64,000 nucleotides of DNA. It comes from the human T2T-CHM13v2.0 reference genome, Homo sapiens. The notes below the pieces were generated by a model, which was not told the origin of the DNA, searched no databases, and saw nothing but the letters and a program-made list of their open reading frames with translations. A program made the translations under genes and the position numbers. The stretch's first letter is position 1; each line of letters starts with the position of its first letter. Shown in pieces: positions 14,867 to 30,359 of the stretch. Location: the NCBI RefSeq assembly GCF_009914755.1, contig NC_060945.1. One strand, written 5' to 3'.

Positions 14867-15369
14867 TAGTAAACGTAATTTTATAATTCTCTATCTTATT
14901 GATTATCTGTAAAAGCTTGTAAATGAACATTTCTTGCTAAATGTAAAGACACACGGAATTGCACTGATTACTTCTAAGACTTGAACCATTCAGAGTGCAA
15001 TTAACAAATAAAACAAGATATCAAGATACTTCTGAGAACATGATTCCATTTAAAATTTAATCATTGCTCACTAATGGCTGCGATTGGAGTTTAACTTATT
15101 AGACACCATCTGCTGCCTAAACATCTAGGGAATATTTTTAAGGAATATCTTTCTAGAGCAAATGATAATCTTGTGCCAACTTGTTTATCACTTATCTGGT
15201 TGCTGGCATTTAAACCTTGTAACAACAAAAATTATAGGTGAGTGCATAAGGCAATAAATGAAAACTAAATATGATAAGAGCACAATGAAAATGTAAATGA
15301 CTTTTTTCCCCAGATTCATTACTTCTGGTATCATAATGAGCTATGTAAATGTTAGACTAGGTTACACGG

Positions 15370-15570
15370 CAAGAGTGGAGTGATTCAGAAAGCAAGCTTT
15401 ATTCAGACAAGTGCTAGTTTGAGTATCGGCTATACCTTTAAATACCATTGTGACCTTGAATAATTAAGAAACCCTTGTAACCTTAGTTTTTCCATCACAA
15501 CTAGTGACTAATAATAATGATCTTATAAATTGTGGTAGCAAGTGTGTGTATATTTATATACTTGCTTATT
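15370..15570 (+). mobile_element. MIR
   Basis: Degenerate MIR core tgtgaccttg...ccttagttttccatc...ataataatg. Confidence 0.6.
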
Positions 15571-15614
15571 TTATTCATGGTCCACATAATCTGGGCAAGA
15601 TGATCATTTAGGAC

Positions 15615-16176
15615 TGAAGGAGTCCAAAATAGGCCACCCACTTCACAATATTCCACTTTGGCATAAGGGTTTCTTTGAGCCAAAGGCAGTTCAAAATCAG
15701 CAGGGGAAGAAAGATTTATGTGGCCTCCCATATTCTGCCTAAATGGAGAGCAAAATTTCCTTTTGTGAGGGCGTTGAAAATTTTCCTTGTTAAGGCATCC
15801 CTTTTTCCCATACTGGGAATGGGAGAGCAACTCTTGTCACCAGAGATGCAGAGTTGACAGTAAGATTGGGCTGCATAAACAAACCTTACTAAAGTGGTCC
15901 TTATCTTGCATTAGCTTTCCCCCCACAAATGTCCTCATCCCTTCCTGACAATCTATTGTCTCTTAAAGCCCAAACAACATTTCCTTTGTTAAAATGGTAC
16001 AGAAACCCAAATCTAACCACTTCTTTGAGTTTCACTTCTTTTCTGTAAAAACCCATGCATGTAAATATTAATAAAAGTGTATACCTTTTCTCCTGTTAAT
16101 CTGTATCTGTTAGTTTAATTTTAAGCCTCCCAGTCATAAAATCAAAAGGGTAGAGGAAAAGCTTTTCTCTCCTGTA
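15615..16176 (+). mobile_element. Solo ERV1 LTR, MER34 family
   Basis: 5' tgaaggagtccaaaataggccaccc...ctttggcataagg; 3' ttttctcctgttaatctg...agaggaaaagcttttctctcctgta; AATAAA; TSD ggac/gtac. Confidence 0.8.
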
Positions 16177-16432
16177 GTACCCTTAGATATTAGACATTTT
16201 TACTTTAATGCATATGTATTATAAAAATGAAATACCTTGTAAAAATTGAAAAAAAAGACAAACTGAAAAAGCTAATTCTTCAATAGTTACTTGGTTCAAA
16301 AATGCTTCTAATTCCTAAGAGTTTTTATCTTTGCATGTCATGTAAATCCTAACAGTTTTGATACACTCTGCTCAATTAATGTATATTTGCAATGTCCCTC
16401 TGTTACCACTTGACTATTCTTTTTTAAGCAAT

Positions 16433-17385
16433 TGTATTAATTTCCTAAATCTGCCATACAAATTAACACAAATTTGGTGTCTTAAAACAACAGAAATTTA
16501 TTATCTGACAGTTCTGGAAGCCAGAGTCCAAATCAAGGTGTTGATAAGCATGCACTCCCACTGGAGGCTCTAGGGAGAATTGCTTTCCCAGAGCTTTGTG
16601 CTTCAAATGGCTCCAGACTTTGACCCCAAAAGTATCTGTGACAGGTCTCAATCAATTTAGAAAATTCATTTTGCCAAGGTTAAGGACACACCTGTGACAC
16701 AGCCTCAGGAGGTCCTGATGACATGTGCCCAAGGTGGTAGGGGTACAGCATGGCTTTATACATTCTAGGGAGACATGAGGAACCAATCAGTAGGTGTAAG
16801 ATTAACATTGATTTGGTCTGGAAATTTGGGACAACTCAAAGCAGGGGGCTTTCATGTCATAGGTAGATAAGCACAGAAAGTTGCGTTATTTTGGGTCTTT
16901 GATCAATCTTTCACTGAATACAGAATTTACATCTGAGAGAGGGGTAGAGGAATACTCATTTATGCTTTACTCTGGCTCAGTGAATCTGCATTTTTACATA
17001 AACAATAGGGCAGAGGAATCAATCAAAAATACATTTTTCTCATGTGACCAGAGGGATGACTTTGAGTTCTGTCCTTTGTCCTGCCCTTTGGCTTAGTGAT
17101 TTGTGGGTTCCAATATTTATTTTCCTTTCACAAGATGTTTTTTGGCTTCTAGCTGCAAAACTCCACTCTCCACCTCTGTCTTCACATGGTCTTGTTCTTT
17201 TCTCTCAGTGTGTCTCTGTGTCTTTCTTTTTGTATATTTTATAGGGATACTTGGATTTAGTGTATGATCTGTCTGGTCATCCAGAGATGCTTAATTTAAT
17301 TGCATTTACAAAACCCTCTTTTTTCCCAAATTTGGTCACATTCACAGGTTCTGGGGATTAGGAAATGAACATATCTTTCAGGGCT
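16433..17385 (-). mobile_element. MLT1C-like MaLR LTR split by MER4A
   Basis: cttaaaacaacagaaatttattatctgacagttctggaagccagagtccaaatcaagg; resumes at 17133 and includes ggtcacattcacaggttctggggattagga. Confidence 0.8.
16619..17132 (-). mobile_element. Solo ERV1 LTR MER4A (internally deleted)
   Basis: Minus strand starts TGTGAAAGGAAAATAAAT; MER4 core CCACCTTGGGCACATGTCATCAGGACCTCCTGAGG; TSD agac/agat. Confidence 0.85.
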
Positions 17386-18595
17386 TTATTTTATCATTTA
17401 CTTTAATGGATGGGCTCACGCAACCTCTATAATTTTTGCTTTGAGATCTGGTGTTCAAATGAACACATGCATTTACTAAATTGCCACCTGTGTCTTTGTT
17501 CCATTTGACCACCTTTGTTACTCTAAAACAGTAGCTGCATTGCCTAATCTGATCTCATTTCAGCACTGACCTCAGCCTGACTGTATTATTTTCTATCATT
17601 TGAATATCAAAACCTTTTTGATGTTTGCCTATGCTCTACAATAGAGGAGGTTTTATATCTGTATCTCCCCTCTCTACTACTGGGAACATTAACCAATTTT
17701 CAGAATACAGTTACAAAAATATTCTCCACTTCCCAAACCTATAAGAAACAAAAGCTTCTGTTAAGTTCTTTTTTTCAAAGCATTTTTTTAAAGGTTACAG
17801 AATAAGAGTTGAAACTAATGTTTAACATGAAGCTACAGAAGCTCATTATCACTCAGCAGCTGACAGAAAAAAGCTTTTTAGCCATATTATGTAACATTTC
17901 TAGGTCCCTTGGCACATAAGGACCACATCCTGTTGCCTCTTTGTGGGTAACTCATGTGAACTCACACCAAATGGAAGCTTCTGTTTTAACTAATTCCCTC
18001 TGGAAGTTTTGTTTGAATCTCTGCTTTAGATGAAAGCGTTTCTAACTTGTTCTTTAACATTGATTTGGTAAAAAATATGACCCTCTGCAAATTGTTTAGG
18101 GCTAATCCTAATACTGAATCAAGTAAGCACAGACTATTAAAGGTGGAGAGAAGTCACTTTTCAGTAGCTATTGACCTTACCAAATCCTGTCATCCATATT
18201 ACATACAGAAATCGTTAGATCTTTCTGTATTAACATTTGCAATGATTGTGGTGGAACTGGAAGTGATTATCTTAATGATTTTGATGGTAGTATTTTTGGA
18301 ACCTATGCAAATAAGATGCCTCTCTGAACCATTTCCAGATCATCTATGTATTCATATTTCAATATGGTAATTTTTTAAAAGTGTGAACAAAATCTTTAAA
18401 ACAAGTTCATTGTTAGTGTATGGTAAATTTTCATGCATTTTTAAATTTGTTACCATTAAAATCTCTGTTCTTTCTTACTATTGGTTTACAGTAATCAGGG
18501 GCCCAACTGTGGAAATCATTTCTTCTTCCAATTCTCCCACGCTCTGGACTCTCTAAAATATTTCACAATGTGATGTAGACATTTTGGTGATTTCC

Positions 18596-18885
18596 TTTTT
18601 TTTTTTATTGAGACGGACTCTTGCTCTATCGATAGGCTGGAGTGCAGTGGCACAATCTTGGCTCACTGAAATCTCCGTCTCCCAGGTTCAAGTGATTCTC
18701 CTGCCTCAGCCTCCTGAATAGCTGGAATTACAGGTGTGTGCCACCATGCCCGGCTAATTTTTGTATTTTTAGTAGAGACAGGGTTTCACCATCTTGCCAG
18801 GCTGGTCTTTAACTCCTGACCTTGTGATCCACCCACCTCGGCCTCCCAAAGTGCTGGGATTACAGGCGTGAGCCACTTAGACCAC
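18596..18885 (-). mobile_element. AluS (AluSg-like)
   Basis: Full dimeric Alu, antisense, poly(T) at left. Confidence 0.95.
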
Positions 18886-19745
18886 GTAACACATTTATCA
18901 GTTGCAAGCAAAATATTCTTAAAAATAAGTTTACGTGTTTGGAGTCATGAGATCTGGGCTTTAGTCCTAACTGTGATATTCACCAGCTACCAGAGGAAAG
19001 ATATGTTGCTTTTTTCTTCAGTATCTCTTTTTCTTTATTGGTAAAACAATGGTTTTGACTGTTCAATAGACATCAGGTTCTTTTTATCTTTGTTCATCTA
19101 TGCCGAAGTAAGAAAGTCCTAGGTCATATACCTTTCTTCAGAAATAGATATATATCTATTATTACAGATGATTTGAAATTGAATAACTGTACGTATCTGG
19201 CCAGAAGAGTGTTTTATGAGATAGATACAAGCCCATCAAACTGTCCCTTTATATTTTATGCTACATGAATTGATCTGCCTATACAATTATTCATAGAAAT
19301 ATGATTTATTTATACCAAATCAACTACAGACTTGAACATATTTTTTCCCACTTCTTGAATTTAAGATTACTGTATCACACACTTCTTGGTTTGTATATTT
19401 TGGCATCACTGAATAAACATCATTTATGCTTTTTTCTTGAGGAGTTTATATCAAAATTTTTATATGCCAAGTTTCTTGACAGGATTCCTAACATTTCATA
19501 ATTCAATGGTAGATATAGTCAGTGACACAGCTCAGTATTACATTAAACACAACATGATAATTCCTGTGACTGCTTTGTTTTCCTTTTACTTATAACCGAT
19601 TTAAATATTTTCATAAAGAGTTATGGTTTTCCAGACATAAGTAAGATTTCAAGAACTACAGAATACATATTAACATTGTCAGTCACAAAGTTAACTTTGC
19701 CAACTACTTATATCTAACATCACAACTATGGTATTTTTCAGAAAA

Positions 19746-19763
19746 CTATCTATCTAGCTATCA

Positions 19764-19811
<48 letters not shown>

Positions 19812-19819
19812 ATCTATCA
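19746..19819. repeat. (TCTA)n / (GATA)n tetranucleotide STR
   Basis: About 11 perfect TCTA units plus degenerate flanking units. Confidence 0.95.
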
Positions 19820-20384
19820 CCTTGTAATAACAAGAACTTGAGGCAGCTCCTTTTTTAGCTTTAATTAATCAGAATGACTTAAAAGAGGTTTTATAAAATT
19901 TAATTATTTTGGCTCTACATTAAGTGTTAATGGGAAATAAATATTTAATAATACACCCTTTGGAAGTATTATTATGGTCTCATTTAATTGAATAATAAAC
20001 ATTCAAGTTCTCCCCATTTTTTCCCAACCAGAGCAAATATATTTCTACTTTTTCCTGTCTGAAATGAATTTACTAAATATAGGAGTTTTCTGTACAATGA
20101 GAATCATATCTCAAGATAAACCAAAACAAACTGTATTTTTCTGGAGTATATTTAAGCCAAAAATATTTTGTATTTTATCAAAACTAAATATTTCATTAAG
20201 AGCGAGCGAAACTCAAAAATTCATTCTCAATAAGGAATGAAGGGAAGTGTTGATATGTCCTTTATTTTTTTTTTTAACATTAATCCTGTCACCTAAATGA
20301 GTGATGAAAGACATTTAATTCTAAACAAGTTTGTTGTAATCTTCTGGAAAAAAAATTTGAGTAATAGCAAGTGTTTAAAAATCT

Positions 20385-20570
20385 AATATCTATTTTTTTA
20401 TTATGTGCCAGGCACTCTTCTAAGCAAAACGATGTATTACTGATATACTGAATGCTCACAGAACCCTAGGAGATAGCTTGTTGTTATGACACAGCTGAAG
20501 GAAATTGAGACTTGAGGTATTACATGGCAAGCCCTAGGTCATCAAGAATAGCAAAACTTACGATGAATCC
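20385..20570 (-). mobile_element. MIR
   Basis: tatgtgccaggcactcttctaagc...cagctgaaggaaattgagacttgag. Confidence 0.6.
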
Positions 20571-20747
20571 TTCAAGACTCATGCACTTGAACATACATGC
20601 AAAACTGCCTCATAAACTAAAGACTGAAAATTCTTTAAGCCACTTTCTAGCTTTAAAATTCAAGATAAAAAGAAGAGCTCAAACACATATAAGAATGTGT
20701 TGCTTAGCTGACTTTAAACCTTTGTGTGTTAACAATTTTGATCTATA

Positions 20748-21604
20748 GCAGGAATCATTGAACTATGGCCCACAGGTGAAATCTCAGCTGCCACTTTTTT
20801 GTATTACCTGCCACTGTTTTTGTATATACCAAGAATGTTTTATACGTTTTTCTATGGTTGGAAAAAATCAAAATAAGAATAGTATTTCTTTTCTTTTTTC
20901 TTTAATCTGTGTTTGTCAAACCTTTTAAAGCCAAATGTGATTCAGGCACTATATTTCCATTTACGAGCCTCTCTCTGAGTTATTTTTCAAGAGCTTTACA
21001 ATATGCCTAGGTAAGCTTATAATTTTGCTCCTCTAATAATACTTTTCTTTGGTAATTAAGCCCTGTGGAGAGTTTAATGCTCCAGTTTAACGTATTTCTA
21101 GAGGACTAGTACGTGCAGAGTTGGCAACTATAGCGGATGCAAAGTTGAAAAAGTAGATCCCAGAAGATGTAAAAAATAATTTTTTTGTAAACATCAAGGT
21201 ATATCTCAGAGGAAGATCCTCTGAGACCACCACCTCTTTAATGAAGTTCTGATATTCAGGTATTAGTTTCTCACAGTTTTCCATGACGAAAACTCTGTAC
21301 ATAAAACTTAATGTTGTTATTTTTCTTTCTGATTTTAAATAGATGTAAAGGAGCACATCTTGGGACAAAAAGAAGAGCTCTGAAGAATAATATTTCTTGA
21401 CAGATAAAAATTATCTGAAATGCAAGTTTCTGTGTCCATAAATAATGTTTTATTGAAACACAGTCATGCCTCTTCATGTCTATATTGTCTGTGGTTCCCT
21501 CTACACTACAACATCAAGTCCAGCAGTTGCAATGGAGATATCTGGCCTGCAAAGTTCAAAGTATTTACTATTTTGTCATGTAAGAAAAAGTTCACTGATT
21601 CCTT
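20748..21604 (+). mobile_element. MER58B (hAT-Charlie) split by a retrocopy insertion
   Basis: 5' half aactatggcccacagg...aagaatagtatttc; 3' half tgtccataaataatgttttattgaaacacagtcatg...tatttacta...aaaagttcactgattccttg. Confidence 0.85.
20891..21382 (-). pseudogene. HSP90AA1: Processed pseudogene fragment of HSP90-alpha, 5'-truncated and internally deleted
   Basis: Minus-strand translation [29 protein letters not shown] / [30 protein letters not shown] matches HSP90AA1 [60 protein letters not shown], with a frameshift; followed by HSP90AA1 3'UTR-like GTACTAGTCCTCTAGAAATA...CTCTCCACAGGGCTT; A-rich tail; 16-bp TSD. The symbol given is the parent gene. Confidence 0.93.
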
Positions 21605-21984
21605 GCCTACAATGCTCACCAGGAAAGCATTGTTTATATTGAGTTGGGCATATAAAATTAACACGTTTTTATTTTGCACATAGATAACAATTATTGTCAA
21701 AGAATCCTGAGGGATATAAAATATAGGACAGAAATCTGGGCCTTGAATTACACCTCAAAACTAGCAATCATTAACAAATGAGAACAGCTAACAACTAAAA
21801 TATGAGTATTGATTTTATATGCAATAGCGTTTAAAATAAAGGATCAGATCAATGTTGAAATATACGAGGAAAATTTCAGGCAGAGGAAATGGTTGTGCTT
21901 TTAAGGCTGGGATCTTTTGGTTAGATGTAGGAAGGGATAGGTGTGATTTCATTGTGTAGCAGGAAACTCAAGGAAAGGCAAAGA

Positions 21985-22159
21985 GGCTGGGTGCAGTTTC
22001 TCACGCCTGCAGTCCAGGCCTTTTGGGAGGCTGAAGCTGGAGGATCGTTTAAGGACAGAAGTTTGAGGTTACAGTGAACTATGATTATGCCGCTGCAACC
22101 CAGCACAGGCAATAGAGCAAGACCTTGTCTCAAAAAAAAAAAAAAAAAAAAAAAAAAAA
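21985..22159 (+). mobile_element. Alu monomer (FRAM-like or left/right recombinant AluJ)
   Basis: Single ~147-bp arm plus pure A28 tail; TSD gaaaggcaaag at 21973-21983 and 22160-22170. Confidence 0.85.
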
Positions 22160-23233
22160 GAAAGGCAAAGTGGTGATGAGTAGTATATGAGATGACATAA
22201 ATACATAGATGTAGACTCAGACTCTGGTGAAGAGAAGAAAATGATTTACATGGCCAAATACAGCTGTCTTGCCCATGTAGTTCTGGTCCCTCTGTCTCAA
22301 AAATAAAATTCTTTTAAACTTTAAGACTACTTCCTCATGTGCCTTAAGACCTTACCAATTTGGTTTTATTTTTGTGGTTCAAGAAACACTTTCTTAAATG
22401 TACACTACCCACCCACCCCGCCACACACACAGTCTGTTTTCTGTAATCTCACAGCCAAATAGCTAAATGCTATTTGAGACAGCTCTGTCATCATGGATAT
22501 ATGATATATGAGGATTTTGACCTTCCCTAAGCCTTCAACATTTCTGGGTCATCGTGTTATATGTTTCTGGAAAGTTTCCTATCCCTTTAGCCTCACCAAA
22601 TATTTCATGACTCCTGTGTTCCTAAAGCTTATAATTTCAATTTTTTCTTCACATTTACCAAATTATTCTGCTCTTCTATTTACAGGAAAATCAAATCTAT
22701 AAGGCAAAAATTCAGTTGAATTCCTTTTCCTCCATTGATACATATATGTACACCAACAGCTTAGCATGCCTCCTTCCTGCAAATGTCAAAAAAATAAAAA
22801 GAAAAAATCCCTGTTTTCCAAATCCAACCCACTTACCTGACTTGGGATTTTGCCCTTGCCCTCCCTCTGGGAATTTGGCTCAATTTCATGTCCTTCAGTC
22901 TACCTATTGGCATCTTCCCCTCTGCATGCAAACACATGCATCAAAACATCCTGTGATTACTGACATCTCACAAGGCTCAGACTTAGGTCTTTCCTTATTA
23001 TGCATATCCTATCTGGGCAATTTTATTAATATTTGTGTCTGAGACTCCCATTTATTAGTAGTTTTCTCAAAGTCTCTCTCATTCTCACATTTCCTCACTT
23101 GGGCTTCCAGCAATTTAAAATCTATTAATTTAAAAGATAGTAATCTTTTTAATCTGTTTAAATTTAAAACAATTTAAAATCTATTAATCTGAATCTAACA
23201 ATTGCCAACTTCTTCCAGTTTTTATGTACCTTC

Positions 23234-24050
<817 letters not shown>

Positions 24051-25299
24051 ACCTTTTTCATTCCCTATTTCAGAAAATTGAACATCCATTGTGGTTCAAA
24101 AACAAGAAACCTCAATTTTGCCTTAAATCCCTGTTTCTAAGATGCCATGTTAACATTCCAAAAATATTTTGTTGCTTAGTATCCCCCATAACTATCTGTT
24201 CTTTACATGCTAATTACTACTATTCTGCATGATATTCTCATTTTTCCCCACTGAATTGTTCCTCTTCTTTCTTATAGTTTTCCCTCCCCACAGGCACATG
24301 CTTGCCCAATCACTCCTGTTCTGTTCTTGTCATACTAGCCTCTCAAACCTAAGAATATGATCATGCCATTAACATGGTTTTGGAATTGCCCTGCTTTTAC
24401 CAATAATTTCCTTTTATATGCAGGAAAAAAATTTGAAACCTGTAGACAGCTCAAAGCCCTTCATGGACTCTCTCTGTTGAGTCCCCTCCCCTCCCCTCCT
24501 TCCCTCACAGATTATGCTGCACTCTTCCTCATCTCTGGCAATGCCACACTTTCTCATAGTTTTGTACAGTTATAGTTGTCTTCCCAGGACAGTAAAGATC
24601 CCAGGACCTTTGATTTTCTGTTTTGCCTGAAACTGATTCATCTTCTGGCTTGACTTCAAATCCTGTATTCTCTGTTGAGCCCACTCTGATTTCTCCAAGT
24701 AAACCCAAATACAACTGCATCAATGTTTCACACTTATTAAAAATACGCATTGTATAGAGGTTTCATGTTAATTTCTAATCTGCTTATTTTGTTTGTCTAT
24801 TTTTCACCAGATGTAAGCTCTTGAAACTTGTTTGAAAGGTGTATTCTTCCCTCTGTTATGACAATATAGATTGTAGTGCTGCAATTCAGCTTTTAACATG
24901 GTAAAAAGAACGTTAGATGATGAGTGTGAGATACTTGGATCCACCAAACTTCATCATTGCCATTATCTTCACCGGGGATATCATCTATCTTAGTGCTTAC
25001 TATGCCAGTCATTATGCAAAAAACATTTATAAAATAATGTCTTTTAATACTTGTACCATTTTTCAAGTTAGATAATAACATATTCTCTTTTTATAGATGA
25101 TAAAGTTGAATCAAGAGATTCATCAGGTTGCCTCCAGAGTCTATAGTCTTAATATTGAACTACTTTTCTGAATCCAAGGATTAATTCACAAATCAATTTT
25201 ATGTGCATAACTTCCCCAGTTTTGTTACTGACTAATCTCCATGAATAACAAAACTATTTGCTGGTTTCATTGAAGTTTTAATGCCAATCACACAGTTTC

Positions 25300-26305
<1,006 letters not shown>

Positions 26306-28065
26306 GATTGTAATGCTATTGACTTAGTAAACTTTCACATTTATTAAGCATTATATGTATATTTCATTTGTAACTACGTACTTCAAAACAGGAATCAAGG
26401 CAGTTTACTGCTTAAAGAAAAGTGAAGTGTGTCTTCCAATGTAGAGACTTTGATAAGTGCAATGCATTGCCATGTCTTGTGAGAGCCCTTCCACATTTTA
26501 ATGTCAAAACTTGATCTATTGCAAAGCCAAGTGAATTGTTATTCAGAGATATGGAAAATGTATCTAAAAGTGTCCCCATAAATCTGTTGCCAGATTGTGG
26601 TTTACATCAGACTTTAAACATTTAGAATGATGGAAAGTAAACATCATAGAATGATCTAAAATTATACCAAATCTATCAGAAGAATCCTTCATAGTATAAC
26701 GTGAAATGGACATCCTTTTATAGCACTATCAATTTTGTGCTGAGTTTAAACATAAAAAATACTTTTTTGGCAATATTTTCATATTAATAAATTATTTTCA
26801 GGAGGAACATTTTAAAATGAAAAGAAAATGACAAAATAATTTCCAATATCAGAAGATAATTTGATAAATAAAAATAAAATAAAAATAAGAAAGCCATAAA
26901 ATGAAATATATATGGTCATATAATATGCAAGTTGCCAGAAAAAATAGTTTACTTTTAAAAATTATCCCCAGATAAAAATTTCAATCTCAACTAATTTCAT
27001 TAAAATTGAACCTGATTAAAATTCATTTGAGCCCTTGGATGGGGCAATTACTGTTAGCAAGACTATGTGGAATTCTATACTTCAAATTCTTCTCACCTGA
27101 CTCAGTGAATAGAATTTCAAATGAAAATTACATTGTATATAACAGGAGAGGATTTTACGCTTTAAAATGCTACTATATGGGAACTAGAGAATGTTTTTAC
27201 ATTAACCAAATAAAATATTTAATTTATACCCAGTAGTAAAGTTTAAAAATACTAAAACATTTGCCTCATTCACATTTACTAAATTGCAACTTCCAAGTAG
27301 ACATCCCTGCCTCCTCTGTGTCCTGAGAATTTTACTCCATTTTTTAAAATGTGCATATGGGTTGATAAATGTTGTCTACTACCTTGTAAAAAGTTGTGGC
27401 TACCCTTGAGAATTAGTTATTCTTTGCTTAGTGACTGAATCCCCATGAGGTCTCTGACTTTCTAGTTGTCTGTACTCACACAGTGCCTTCCACTGTTTCA
27501 CACTGAATACTAAACTCGCAATATTCCAGAGACTGGGATACATTTCTAGATGGTAGAACTGTGGTATACAATTTTTAGGTTATAACAATAAAGAAACTGA
27601 AACCCCATTAACCAGACGCATGATCATCCCTTACATAGAGTATAAACCAAGTGTAGGGCTTGTCAGTAGCTCTTACATAGAGAATTTAGTATCACATAAA
27701 CAGTCACTTCCTCTCCACAGACACAAAAGTCACTGTGGCTACAGTATCCGTCTCAAGATGCTTTACTGGTAATCTCTATTCATCTACTGTAGTTACTTGA
27801 AAAAAATGAAATCTATTACCTATCCCAGCCCTAAAACTTGAAGGTTCAATGAAGCCTAAAAAGAATAGACAACAAAACTTGGAAATAGATTTAAGAATTC
27901 ATAGTGCATAGAAAGTACTATTGTTAAACTTTTATATAGCTTTAATATTGATTACCTTCTTTTTTTGTAAATTACAGTAGACTTTAGTTAAGGAACAAAC
28001 ACTGGGAAGGAGAAATCAGAAAGTCTCTTACTTTTCAGTGAAGGCGATTTGCTGATTATAAAAAA

Positions 28066-28601
28066 TTGTGGTGATGAACGTATCTTTTTAGCATGATGAT
28101 CTATTTTCCTTTAGGTATACACCCTGTAATGGAAGTGCTGGGTTGAATGGTAACAGTTTTAAGTTCTTTGAGAAATCTCCAAACTGCTTTCCACAGTGCT
28201 ACACTACGCACAATAGCAAAGACATGGAATCAACCTAAGTGCCCATCAATGGGTTGGATATGATACACTGTGGAATACTATGCAGCCATAAAAAAGGATG
28301 AAATCATGTCTTTTGCAGCAACATGGATGGAACTGGAGGCTGTAATCCTAACTGAACTGACACAGGAGCAAAAAACCAAGTACTACATGTTGTCACAAAT
28401 AGGTGCAAACATTAAGCACACATGGACATAAACATGGAAACAATGGATACTATGCACTACTAGAGCGGGGAGGGAAAGGTGGGATTAGGTTGAAAAAATA
28501 CCTATTGGGCACAATGCTCGCTACCCACGTGCAATACACTCATGCAACAAACCTGCACATGACCCCATCTCTAAAATAATAGTTTAAATAAAAAAAAAAA
28601 A
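28066..28601 (+). mobile_element. Short L1PB-like element with 5' inversion
   Basis: 28066-28200 is antisense distal ORF2; 28201-28601 is sense distal ORF2 and 3'UTR with A tail. Confidence 0.85.
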
Positions 28602-28617
28602 TCTTCTTAAGTAGTAA

Positions 28618-28964
<347 letters not shown>

Positions 28965-30359
28965 CTGTTGATATTTATTTAGGGTTTTCATGAGTATGGA
29001 GTGAAGGAAGTGGAAGGTTATAATTACAAAAAAAAATTGATGAAAAAGAGAAAAAAAATTTTATGAACACAGTGAAGAGCTCACTCATAACTCAATGAGT
29101 GGAGTAATAGAGCATTATGGAGAGTCCCCACATCATATTAATATCATCATAACAGACATATAAGAAAAATTTAGACTTAGAAGAAGACATACATTAGGCA
29201 ACAAAAAGTCCTCTAAATGGTGGATATTTATTTCATGTAAATAAAATACTCAATTAGAGAAACAATTTTTTGTAACTGGAGCTTAGGTCCACTTCAGAAA
29301 ATAGTTTTAAAATAAACAATATTTATTTCTTCCTTCAAAAATAGTTTTGAGTATAATAGAATTTATAAAGAATTAGAGTAAACTTTATATATATATCTAT
29401 TAAAATATTTCATGTTATAAATTGAAAGAAAAATATACTTATGTATAGATGCTAGAAACCTTAAGGGGACTCAAATATGCTACTTTGTGTTTACTTTTTT
29501 TCCTATTCCTCCTAAGAGCAGTGAACATCTAAATATATGTAGTCTGTGCTTCTACCCTAATGTTTATGGTAATTTGTAACTGAGAAGCTGACATTTTTAG
29601 TGCTAATAATTGTCAACACGACTTTATAAAAATTAAGCCTTGGAAATGCAATACTTTAGAGAAATCCCTTTGATCTTAAAATAATGTTTTTGAGCTCTAA
29701 GTTATTTTACATTATACACAGGTACTTATATTTCATTATATGAAACAAACTAGGCACTTGTGTGTTTTTTAAAATTGGGAATTAAAAGAATCTATACAAA
29801 CGTTTTTTATTAGAATGTCAGAAATACTTTCTAAAATGATATAGTTAGTTAATTCTCTCTGTGAACTCTAAAAACCCAGGAATTTTCAAGTTATGTCCAG
29901 TTATATGGAAATGACCAATTCCCAATGTCTCCTTGGCATAATAAATTTAATTCACTATATGGAAACTCTAAACTAAAATAATACTATAGGGCACTATAGA
30001 CTCTCTAAAGGTGCCCCTTACTCAACACTAAAATATAACTGCCTTTAGAATAAAGCACTTTAATATACTTTGCTGCCATCACCATTCACTAGAGAATTAC
30101 AGCCATGGAAATGAGGGCGTGTTTTAAGTGTTTCTTACTCATAGTCCACCAACAATTTAAAAATTTTGTGTAGCACCATAAAACAGTCAATGGATAATCA
30201 AAACATCATATACCCAAAGCTTATTTGCCTACAGTAAAAAAAAAAAAAAGTGCTTTTACTATAGACAACAAATACTTTCACAGCTAGCATTTCATTCAAA
30301 ATTATATGGAAGCATCTTGCTTACTAAGTGAGACATCTAGCTATCTTTCACTGTCATAT

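Noticed and set aside
21087-21477. ORFs 21087-21368 and 21271-21477 as an expressed HSP90 micro-protein
   Set aside because: Frameshifted, no promoter or native start, and the C-terminal part is translated 3'UTR; treated as a pseudogene
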